The notes beneath the pieces were generated by a model. It saw only the letters and a list, made by a program, of their open reading frames with translations. It was not told where the DNA came from and made no database searches. Shown one piece after another: positions 1-7,129 of a DNA stretch of 28,158 bases. The translations under genes and the position numbers were made by a program. Source of the DNA: a virus (Duplodnaviria; Caudoviricetes); IMG/VR virus record IMGVR_UViG_3300046779_000733, positions 1 to 28,158 of that record, one strand, 5' to 3'. Each line of letters starts with the position of its first letter. Position 1 is the stretch's first letter.

Positions 1-38
1 AGTGCTACTAAAAGTGAATGTAATCTTGCGTTGCTCAT
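1..38 (-). CDS. Partial hypothetical protein (N-terminus MSNARLHSLLVA..., runs off the window)
   Basis: ATG at 36-38, two bases after the stop of the 41..226 gene; frame open to the window edge. Confidence 0.45.
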   Translation of the reverse strand, partial: MSNARLHSLLVA

Positions 39-40
39 AA

Positions 41-226
41 TTAAATTGCTAAATGTGAAAGTTTTGATTTTAAGTTTAACATATGTTTACAGGGTGAAAA
101 TCTACGGAACATCCTAGCTTCACATTGACAATCTACGATTTTCCAATCTTCAACCGTAACCTGATAATCTTTCAACTTACCCGTCTTTTTATTTCTACTA
201 CCTATTTCGGTGTATTTCCACTTCAT
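41..226 (-). CDS. Small SWIM-type zinc-finger protein
   Basis: YQVTV...DCQC-x10-CKH matches the SWIM CxC-xn-CxH pattern with its preceding beta strand. Confidence 0.7.
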   Translation of the reverse strand: MKWKYTEIGSRNKKTGKLKDYQVTVEDWKIVDCQCEARMFRRFSPCKHMLNLKSKLSHLAI

Positions 227-348
227 ATATCCATCTTTTTAATACTTTTGTAAATCAAATATATTCCGCCTAACATCAACCCAACTAGCAATGCTAGATG
301 AATACCACCTACTACATAATCCATAACTCCAAATGTGTATGCTATCAT
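223..348 (-). CDS. Small single-pass membrane protein (41 aa, not in ORF track)
   Basis: MIAYTFGVMDYVVGGIHLALLVGLMLGGIYLIYKSIKKMDI*; hydrophobic helix then basic tail; ATGA overlap with the next gene; fills the gap between two ORFs. Confidence 0.7.
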   Translation of the reverse strand: MIAYTFGVMDYVVGGIHLALLVGLMLGGIYLIYKSIKKMDI

Positions 349-363
349 ATTTTTATAGTTTAA

Positions 364-606
364 TTACCAACACAACATATTACCTGCTTTATCCCAACTC
401 CTAGCACCACTTTCGGTTGCTTTATGAAGTGTGTTGTAATCCACTTCTAAATTGGAATTACCAAACTGGCGTTTCAATTCAACTTTGAACTCTTTAAGGT
501 TCTTAGCCCAAATATCGTTGAACCCACCACTTTTCCAACAGAATTGATAACGATACTTACCGTTAGAATTCTTTAACAATTTCTCATACTTTGCTCTGTG
601 CTTCAT
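364..606 (-). CDS. Hypothetical phage protein
   Basis: 80-aa ORF packed in the early cluster with an A-rich leader. Confidence 0.7.
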   Translation of the reverse strand: MKHRAKYEKLLKNSNGKYRYQFCWKSGGFNDIWAKNLKEFKVELKRQFGNSNLEVDYNTLHKATESGARSWDKAGNMLCW

Positions 607-625
607 ATCTTTCAGATTTTAAGGA

Positions 626-892
626 TTAATATTCGATTAAGGAAACTGGTACATTGTAGGAAGCAAACCCACCGATTACTCTCAGATTGGCTTTGGTTCG
701 GTTGATTTTAACAACCTCTAACTCTCTACCTTGCAACTTAGGGTGATTTACTTTAACTTTCATACCGATTTGTAAACCTACTTTCTTTTGTAGTGATTCT
801 ACTGTTCGTTTTGCTTTGATTAAACCAACAACAATTTCGTTGATGTTACGCAATTCTTCTACTGACAATTTTGATAATTCTGAATAGTTCAT
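626..892 (-). CDS. Hypothetical protein, N-terminal helix plus KOW/SH3-like barrel
   Basis: LQIGMKVKV...LEVVKINRTKANL...YNVPVSLIE resembles an SH3/KOW beta-barrel. Confidence 0.6.
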   Translation of the reverse strand: MNYSELSKLSVEELRNINEIVVGLIKAKRTVESLQKKVGLQIGMKVKVNHPKLQGRELEVVKINRTKANLRVIGGFASYNVPVSLIEY

Positions 893-917
893 AATTTTAT
901 ATTTTAAAGTTTAAATT

Positions 918-992
918 TTAATATCCTAACATTTTCAAGATTCGAAAACCGATGAAAATTAAATCGTTAAATTGGTAAATAATGGGTTTCAT
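918..992 (-). CDS. Possible 24-aa peptide MKPIIYQFNDLIFIGFRILKMLGY
   Basis: First ATG downstream of the 1017-1045 promoter, preceded by GAGAGTGAGAG; fills the intergenic gap. Confidence 0.4.
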   Translation of the reverse strand: MKPIIYQFNDLIFIGFRILKMLGY

Positions 993-1016
993 AACTCTCA
1001 CTCTCAATTACCTTAC

Positions 1017-1045
1017 AATATACACAATTCTGCATTAAAAGTCAA
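1017..1045 (-). promoter_or_regulatory. Sigma70-like early promoter TTGACT-N17-TATATT
   Basis: Minus strand TTGACT (1045-1040), 17-nt spacer, TATATT (1022-1017); same architecture recurs at 1891-1919. Confidence 0.7.
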
Positions 1046-1057
1046 GTGTTTTGTTAA

Positions 1058-1507
1058 TTATTTTTTGAAATTTTTTAAGTTTTTTATAATAGCATCAACT
1101 CTTAACTTTGTTTCTAAATTTCCATATCCTGTATAACTTTTTACAAAACAAAAAGTAGTAATATTACCTCCTCTTACAATGCAATATATTTCGTTACCAT
1201 TTGATTCACCATTATCATCTGTTAAGGATACTACCAATTGTTTTCCATATGATTCGGATTTAGATGCTTCACTATCAAATTTGGTAGTTGATAATGGAAA
1301 TTGTGTAATTTTAATACCATAATCTTTATTTATTGGAAAATTGGTGTTTTCTATATTAGTTACCACTTCTTTAATTTGATTCTTAATTAAATCATTTATT
1401 TTAATAGTGCCAACTTGCGTATAATTTCCGGTGGTTGTTTCATATGATACAGGCAACTCCGATTGGGTTAATATTCGTTGGTCTAATCTTTCAGTAAAAT
1501 GTTTCAT
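1058..1507 (-). CDS. Hypothetical protein (N-terminal HFxERLxxR motif)
   Basis: 149-aa ORF; no confident family assignment. Confidence 0.65.
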   Translation of the reverse strand: MKHFTERLDQRILTQSELPVSYETTTGNYTQVGTIKINDLIKNQIKEVVTNIENTNFPINKDYGIKITQFPLSTTKFDSEASKSESYGKQLVVSLTDDNGESNGNEIYCIVRGGNITTFCFVKSYTGYGNLETKLRVDAIIKNLKNFKK

Positions 1508-1512
1508 ATATT

Positions 1513-1866
1513 TTAATTATTTATGTAAGATGGTCCCCATACAGAATAACGAGCAGTTTTATCTATGATGTTACCTCTACTATGTTTGGCAGGAGATTTC
1601 CAAGATGCAGGTTTTAATAAATCACCTTTCTTAATTGGTGCTCCTTTTAAATCACCATCAACTCTACTGATAAATCCCCAACAAGTTCCACCATCCCATA
1701 AACGAATGAATTTGTTTCCAACCTCAACCGTCAATTCTTTCCATTGACTTAACATATCGGTTTTCACAAAATAATCTTTACGTTGAATGTTTAATTGGTT
1801 AATGAAATTGTTTACGATTGGGTTCGATTCTAAATAATCGATTGCTTTTTGATTTGTAGTTCTCAT
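1513..1866 (-). CDS. Hypothetical phage protein (start revised to MRTTNQ...)
   Basis: GDLLKPASWKSPAKHSRGNI resembles a motif recalled from small phage proteins; the ORF-track start at 1923 lies upstream of the promoter, so ATG 1864-1866 is preferred. Confidence 0.75.
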   Translation of the reverse strand: MRTTNQKAIDYLESNPIVNNFINQLNIQRKDYFVKTDMLSQWKELTVEVGNKFIRLWDGGTCWGFISRVDGDLKGAPIKKGDLLKPASWKSPAKHSRGNIIDKTARYSVWGPSYINN

Positions 1867-1890
1867 ATCTATTATTTTTATTACATAGTA

Positions 1891-1919
1891 AAGGTAACTA
1901 ATTATGCTCAAAAAGTCAA
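1891..1919 (-). promoter_or_regulatory. Sigma70-like early promoter TTGACT-N17-TACCTT
   Basis: Minus strand TTGACT (1919-1914), 17-nt spacer, TACCTTTA; lies just downstream of a terminator. Confidence 0.65.
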
Positions 1920-1940
1920 GCAAAACTTAAAATATTTTTC

Positions 1941-1967
1941 AAAAAAAAAAACCCTCCGAAGAGGGTT
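1941..1967 (-). terminator. Rho-independent terminator closing the tail operon
   Basis: AACCCTC-TTCG-GAGGGTT hairpin (UUCG loop) followed by a long T run on minus. Confidence 0.9.
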
Positions 1968-1973
1968 CTTAAA

Positions 1974-2750
1974 TTATTCATTCCAATGTTTCTTACGGAG
2001 TTCGTAAATATCAATTGGTTCTCGTTTCATTTGATTACCTGGATGAAAATAAGCTCCTTTTTTAAGATAACCACCTAAAAAGTTTCTTCTCATTCTATCC
2101 GTATCTCTATTTGGGTCTGAACCATGAACAACGTGTGAGTGTAAAAGTGCTACTTGTCCTTTTTTTAAATAACCTTCTACTTTACGGAAATCATGTCCTT
2201 CTGGCATCACACAACTGATACCCCTTTCACTTCTCCAATTCTTTGTGTTTGTTGCTTTTCTTTCCTCGTTATCTTCAACTGGCAAAACTGGCAATCTATG
2301 AGAACCTTCGTAGTTCCATACTGCTCCGTTTTCAGGGTCGTGATTATCTAATGCTAATGCAGTATTGATAATTTCGTTATGCCCACAACCTGTGTAGAAT
2401 GCATTTTGATGTTGGTCTCTACCCAACTCACCCTTTGGTTTAAAATATGCCCACGTCTGCATACCTACCACATCACCTTCCATTAAAAACTCCATTGCTT
2501 CAATTAATTTTGGATGAGCAAACAGTTTTTCTAATTTTGGAGATAGTTTGTGAGGATACATAAATGGTTCATATTCCTGCCATTTTTCAGGTTCTGATGC
2601 ATTTCTTTCTAAACGCAACTTATTTAACTCTTCGTTGATTTCATCTACTTCCGATTCTGTAAGTAGTTCTAATACTGTCCAACCTCTGTATCTCCAATCA
2701 AACGTCATTTGTTGAATTTCTTCGGTGGTAAGATGTGTAAATTTGCTCAT
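1974..2750 (-). CDS. Phytanoyl-CoA dioxygenase (PhyH)-family 2OG-Fe(II) enzyme, HQN variant
   Basis: FDW..RGW.V..LL...EV start, FKPKG...HQN, ALD..DPENGA....GSH, L.KGQV.L.H..V.HGS..N...R.R. Confidence 0.85.
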   Translation of the reverse strand: MSKFTHLTTEEIQQMTFDWRYRGWTVLELLTESEVDEINEELNKLRLERNASEPEKWQEYEPFMYPHKLSPKLEKLFAHPKLIEAMEFLMEGDVVGMQTWAYFKPKGELGRDQHQNAFYTGCGHNEIINTALALDNHDPENGAVWNYEGSHRLPVLPVEDNEERKATNTKNWRSERGISCVMPEGHDFRKVEGYLKKGQVALLHSHVVHGSDPNRDTDRMRRNFLGGYLKKGAYFHPGNQMKREPIDIYELRKKHWNE

Positions 2751-2786
2751 AACTTATTATAATTTGTATATAGATATATATAAAAT

Positions 2787-3161
2787 TTATTTGTAAAATT
2801 GTAAAATATCTATCAAATATAAGTTTAAATTTTTAATATTTTTTTGTGCTTCTGCAATAGAAGATATGTTAGAATTCCTAACACCTTTATCTATAATTTT
2901 ACCATTACCATCATATACAGTATCTAATGGTCCTGTTATTCTCCACTTTACAACTCCGATTGTCCAATATGGATTTGAATCTAATTCATTATATGTTTGT
3001 TTATTAATTTCATAAACAAATCCGTTTACATCATTTACTTTTTGTGCAAAATATCGTTGAATAATACCATTATTATAATCAACATCCGTTGGGGATGGGA
3101 CTAATGTTGATGGTATATTTAATGAATGTATTTTTTTATTCTGAATTAAATCTTTATACAT
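2787..3161 (-). CDS. Hypothetical protein, probably baseplate-associated
   Basis: Starts 1 nt after the hub gene stop; PSPTDVDYNNGIIQRYF motif. Confidence 0.6.
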   Translation of the reverse strand: MYKDLIQNKKIHSLNIPSTLVPSPTDVDYNNGIIQRYFAQKVNDVNGFVYEINKQTYNELDSNPYWTIGVVKWRITGPLDTVYDGNGKIIDKGVRNSNISSIAEAQKNIKNLNLYLIDILQFYK

Positions 3162-3162
3162 A

Positions 3163-5460
3163 CTATTCGTCGTGGTTTAATCTAAATCCTGCTTCTATTG
3201 TTGTTTGCCATCCCGCAGAACTAATACCCTGTTTTACATTTTGTATTTGAAAGTATCCATTTTTATTATAAATTTCAGGTATACCATCTATATGGAAAAA
3301 TTCTCCACATCTAAGTCCTGCAATACCATCTATTGCCAAATTAATTACAATATGTGTTAAAGTAGTTGTATTTACAGGTTCTTTTGTTATTTCTTTTTGA
3401 ATTATAGATGGGTCTTTATATATAAAATTTTTAGGAACTTCTTTTGTATTTGTCAAATCTAATTTAAATTTAACATAATTAGAATTTCTAACTTCTGATA
3501 AATTTTTAATTTCTTCTTCCGATTCTTTTTGTTTAGCTTTTGCAGCAGCTGCTTTGGCTTCTGCTTCCTTCTTTGGGTCTGGTTTACTAGCAGTTGTTCC
3601 ATTTTCTTCTTTTGATGGTGGATTCCATTTTTCTGCCTCTTTTACCATTCTGATTTCCGTAGCGTTTATTGAAAAATACCCATTTGAATTTTTTGCAAAA
3701 TCTAAATTTGCAGGTTCTTTTTCATCTTGTAAATCTACGGATGTATCATCCTTTTTACCTTGTCTTGCCGCAGCTATTGCCAATTGAGTTGCATACAATG
3801 CCTGTGCTTGCATTAATTCACTCAATTCTGTGCTAAAATTAAACTCTTTAACTATTGAATTAGTTGCACCTATATTAAATCTAAAAATCTTTTGAGGTTC
3901 TAGGTTTGGGTTAGGTATTTTCATTTTAGCATCCATTATAATTAAAGGAGAGCTAGTTGGAGCATCGGATTCCTTTTGCAATACCAATTTAACCAAACCA
4001 AACATATTTTGATTTATAATTTCTAAAATTGCATTTACAATATCAGCTTGTGTATATGATTGATTATATATTTCTATAAATTTATTATAATTAAAATATA
4101 AATTTAATAAATTACCAACCGTTGATGAAATTGTTAATGGTTCTGGTTTTGCGTTATATATTGTATATTTTTCAGCTTTTGCATCACCTGTTAAATTAAA
4201 TTTTTTACCATGTATCTTGCAATCTTCTTTTACCAATGGATTTAAAACTATAACATTTTTCTTTTTTTCATCCTTACTAACTAATATAGATGGTAAATCA
4301 CCTGGTAATATAAAATCCTCAGTTGGAGAAATAATATTACTTGTAGATGATATTGGTATAATTGGTTTAGTGCCAGCTTCATCTTCATAAAATGTTTTGT
4401 AAGAAATTGCATCTTCAATTATATTAAAATTTTTAATCTTATTTAAGATATGTAATATTAATTTAAATGAAATATATGGGGTTTTTGATATTGATGTATC
4501 TTTTTGAGCAAGATTTACCGCATCCCAATTGAAAAAATCGGTTTCCCAATCTTTCTTTATTCCAAAATTTTTAGCAAATTCGGGTTCTTTGTGTAAATCC
4601 TTTGTTAATTGGATAATCCAAGAATCAAATCCATGTGGGAGTTCTTTTTTTCCTTTTGCAGAATCCACATCGGATTTCTTTTCCTGTTTTACAGGAGCCC
4701 AAGTTGTTAATTCATTTCCAGCAGATATTGTTAAATCAATATCATATGTTCCATCGGTTTGGATTGAATAAGTATAATTAGTGACTTTACCTGCCATAAA
4801 ATCATAATCACCATCGGTATCCACCAATAATTTTAAATAATCTATTTTTGCCTTCTTATATCCATCTGGTGCATTAGAAAAACATTCCGTATATTTTTGA
4901 ACATATTCTTTATGATTTTTGGTTGCAAACATTTTACTTTCCAAATCATAATTCTTTCTAACCATAGAATTCCAACCGTATTCTAACACCACATTCATAC
5001 CAGGTCTTAAAAAAAACAACTCAAACATTTCAAGTTGTTTTAATGTAAACACTCTTATTTTTACACGTGCTTCTTTTAATGTATTATTTCCACCCGATGT
5101 ATCTATTTCAACCGATTCAATCATTGGAACTGAAACTCGTCTGTTCACTTCACCTTCAACTTTTATAGGTTTACCATCTAAATCATATCCTGCAATAGTT
5201 TCACCTGTTTGGTATCGTTTTAATATATCTGTTGTATTTGCAACAACACACCCCTTATAGGCAAATGAATCAAAATTTTCAGATGCATATATACCAGGAA
5301 TATCTTTTTTGTCTATCGTATTTGTAGCTACTGCTGCCGAAGATAAGATAACAAACGGCATTAGAGTATTTAGAGATTCTTTATTAGATTCTCTACTTTT
5401 TATTTTTTTTACCGTCTCTTCATTTAAAGGAGATAAAAATGGAAACTGTGAAAATCCCAT
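3163..5460 (-). CDS. Baseplate hub protein (T4 gp27 / P2 gpD-like)
   Basis: Position after the LysM wedge gene; C-terminal IDGIAGLRCGEFFHIDGIP...FQIQNVKQGISSAGWQTTIEA is typical of the hub beta-barrel. Confidence 0.65.
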   Translation of the reverse strand: MGFSQFPFLSPLNEETVKKIKSRESNKESLNTLMPFVILSSAAVATNTIDKKDIPGIYASENFDSFAYKGCVVANTTDILKRYQTGETIAGYDLDGKPIKVEGEVNRRVSVPMIESVEIDTSGGNNTLKEARVKIRVFTLKQLEMFELFFLRPGMNVVLEYGWNSMVRKNYDLESKMFATKNHKEYVQKYTECFSNAPDGYKKAKIDYLKLLVDTDGDYDFMAGKVTNYTYSIQTDGTYDIDLTISAGNELTTWAPVKQEKKSDVDSAKGKKELPHGFDSWIIQLTKDLHKEPEFAKNFGIKKDWETDFFNWDAVNLAQKDTSISKTPYISFKLILHILNKIKNFNIIEDAISYKTFYEDEAGTKPIIPISSTSNIISPTEDFILPGDLPSILVSKDEKKKNVIVLNPLVKEDCKIHGKKFNLTGDAKAEKYTIYNAKPEPLTISSTVGNLLNLYFNYNKFIEIYNQSYTQADIVNAILEIINQNMFGLVKLVLQKESDAPTSSPLIIMDAKMKIPNPNLEPQKIFRFNIGATNSIVKEFNFSTELSELMQAQALYATQLAIAAARQGKKDDTSVDLQDEKEPANLDFAKNSNGYFSINATEIRMVKEAEKWNPPSKEENGTTASKPDPKKEAEAKAAAAKAKQKESEEEIKNLSEVRNSNYVKFKLDLTNTKEVPKNFIYKDPSIIQKEITKEPVNTTTLTHIVINLAIDGIAGLRCGEFFHIDGIPEIYNKNGYFQIQNVKQGISSAGWQTTIEAGFRLNHDE

Positions 5461-5464
5461 AACT

Positions 5465-5767
5465 TTATTTATTTATTCTTTCAAAATCATTCAGTATCTT
5501 TGCAACATTGGTTGGTATTCGTAATTGAATACCATTTTCAATTGAATATGATGCATCATTTAGATTATTTGCAATTGCAATAATCCACCAAAGATTTTGG
5601 TCGTTGTAATATTTTGATGCAAGTATATCCAATCTATCACCACCTTCCGAAACTATATACATATCATCATTAGATGCTTTTATTCGTGGATATATAACAC
5701 TACCTAAATACTTTCTTTTAGTATCCGTTGTAGTTAAATTACTTGCATATGTATATCTACTTGCCAT
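5465..5767 (-). CDS. LysM-like baseplate wedge protein (gp53 / P2 gpX-like)
   Basis: GDRLDILASKYYNDQNLWWIIAIANNL...G.QLRIP signature. Confidence 0.85.
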   Translation of the reverse strand: MASRYTYASNLTTTDTKRKYLGSVIYPRIKASNDDMYIVSEGGDRLDILASKYYNDQNLWWIIAIANNLNDASYSIENGIQLRIPTNVAKILNDFERINK

Positions 5768-5768
5768 T

Positions 5769-7088
5769 TTATGTTGTAGTTGGTTTGATATTTTCTTTTA
5801 TGAATTCATTATCTCTTCCATCAAAATTATATTTAAATGTTTTAGTTTCCGAATTTACTGTATGGTTTTCTATTATTTTCATACCAATAGAAACATCTAT
5901 TATTGATGGGTATGCAGATGTATCTTTTGATAAACCACCATCAAAATTCGCCCAAGTTGTATTATCTTGTATGCTAAATGATAACGATTCAATATACCCA
6001 AATACATTCTTATACAATTCACCAATAGTTAAATAAACTAAATTTGGAGAAAATGCATATTGTGCAGTTGCTTTATTTTCACCGTATGTTATTTCTGATA
6101 ATTTATCGTATGGAAATGCTAATGATTTTAAATAATTTATTTTTTTAATCATAGTAGTTCTTTCCATTAATTCAAAATAATATAATTTTAAACCAAATTT
6201 TAAACTTCTTTCTACACCGTTGTATCTATAATTTTTAAACGGAGAACCAACATATTGAAATCCTTGCCATTCAGGAGTTATATCCTCTGATATTCCACTA
6301 ATTGTTCCAACAAATGGAATTATAGTTTTATTACCATATTTTTTAAATAAAACAGGAACTTGATTTGTATCTTTATATTCCGATTCAAAATCCTTTTTAT
6401 ATGCAGCATCATCTTCAAATGAATCCCTTTTTAATAAAAAAGAATTACCATCATCCCACTTAAATTTACCATCTCTTTTAACTAACTCCGTAGAAATATA
6501 TTCTTGTTTTTTTGTTATAGGATTTATTATTTGGCTATATTTTTCCTTATATTCACTATTTGTTATTTTTTCAGTCAATGGTTTACCATTTGCACCAATT
6601 GAATATACATCACCGTAAGTGGATGGATTTTTTGATTTTAAATCTTGTGCATACGATTTAACTTCTTTTCCTCCACCCAATTTATTGATTGCTTTTATTG
6701 CCTGATTTGCAATAGTTCCTGCGGTAGTTGAACCACCTGGTGCACTTTTACCAAATAAAGGAGGTATTGGAGATGGTTGTGTTTTTACATAATAAGGAGT
6801 TTCTGCTTCAACTGCACTTTGTAATAAACCAACAGTTGCTCCTTTAATAGATACTGGCTTAGAAATAAAACTATCACTACCATATATGGTATCCGATGGT
6901 CTATTTGCACTACCACCAATAGTTCCCGCAATTTGTCCACCAATTAAATCACCAATTGCATTAGGTGAAGATGCTATCAATGCAGCTGCTCTTGGTGGAT
7001 TTACTAAACCACGACTTTCTATACGAATCTTTTCATTATCGTATAAATCGTTCTCTTGATTCTTAAATAATTCTGCTATTGTAGGCAT
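5769..7088 (-). CDS. Baseplate tail-tube initiator/cap protein (gp48/gp54-like C-terminal domain)
   Basis: Between tape measure and LysM genes; ISEDITPEW...YVG...YRYNGVERSLKF.LK...P.LVYLTIG.LY...GYIESLSF fits a tube-like fold. Confidence 0.65.
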   Translation of the reverse strand: MPTIAELFKNQENDLYDNEKIRIESRGLVNPPRAAALIASSPNAIGDLIGGQIAGTIGGSANRPSDTIYGSDSFISKPVSIKGATVGLLQSAVEAETPYYVKTQPSPIPPLFGKSAPGGSTTAGTIANQAIKAINKLGGGKEVKSYAQDLKSKNPSTYGDVYSIGANGKPLTEKITNSEYKEKYSQIINPITKKQEYISTELVKRDGKFKWDDGNSFLLKRDSFEDDAAYKKDFESEYKDTNQVPVLFKKYGNKTIIPFVGTISGISEDITPEWQGFQYVGSPFKNYRYNGVERSLKFGLKLYYFELMERTTMIKKINYLKSLAFPYDKLSEITYGENKATAQYAFSPNLVYLTIGELYKNVFGYIESLSFSIQDNTTWANFDGGLSKDTSAYPSIIDVSIGMKIIENHTVNSETKTFKYNFDGRDNEFIKENIKPTTT

Positions 7089-7107
7089 TTATAGTGTATT
7101 GATTTAC

Positions 7108-7116
7108 TATAAATAT
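7108..7116 (-). promoter_or_regulatory. Putative late promoter motif ATATTTATA
   Basis: Exact motif 19 nt upstream of ATG; one of nine exact copies upstream of structural genes. Confidence 0.65.
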
Positions 7117-7129
7117 GAGTTATTCAAAT

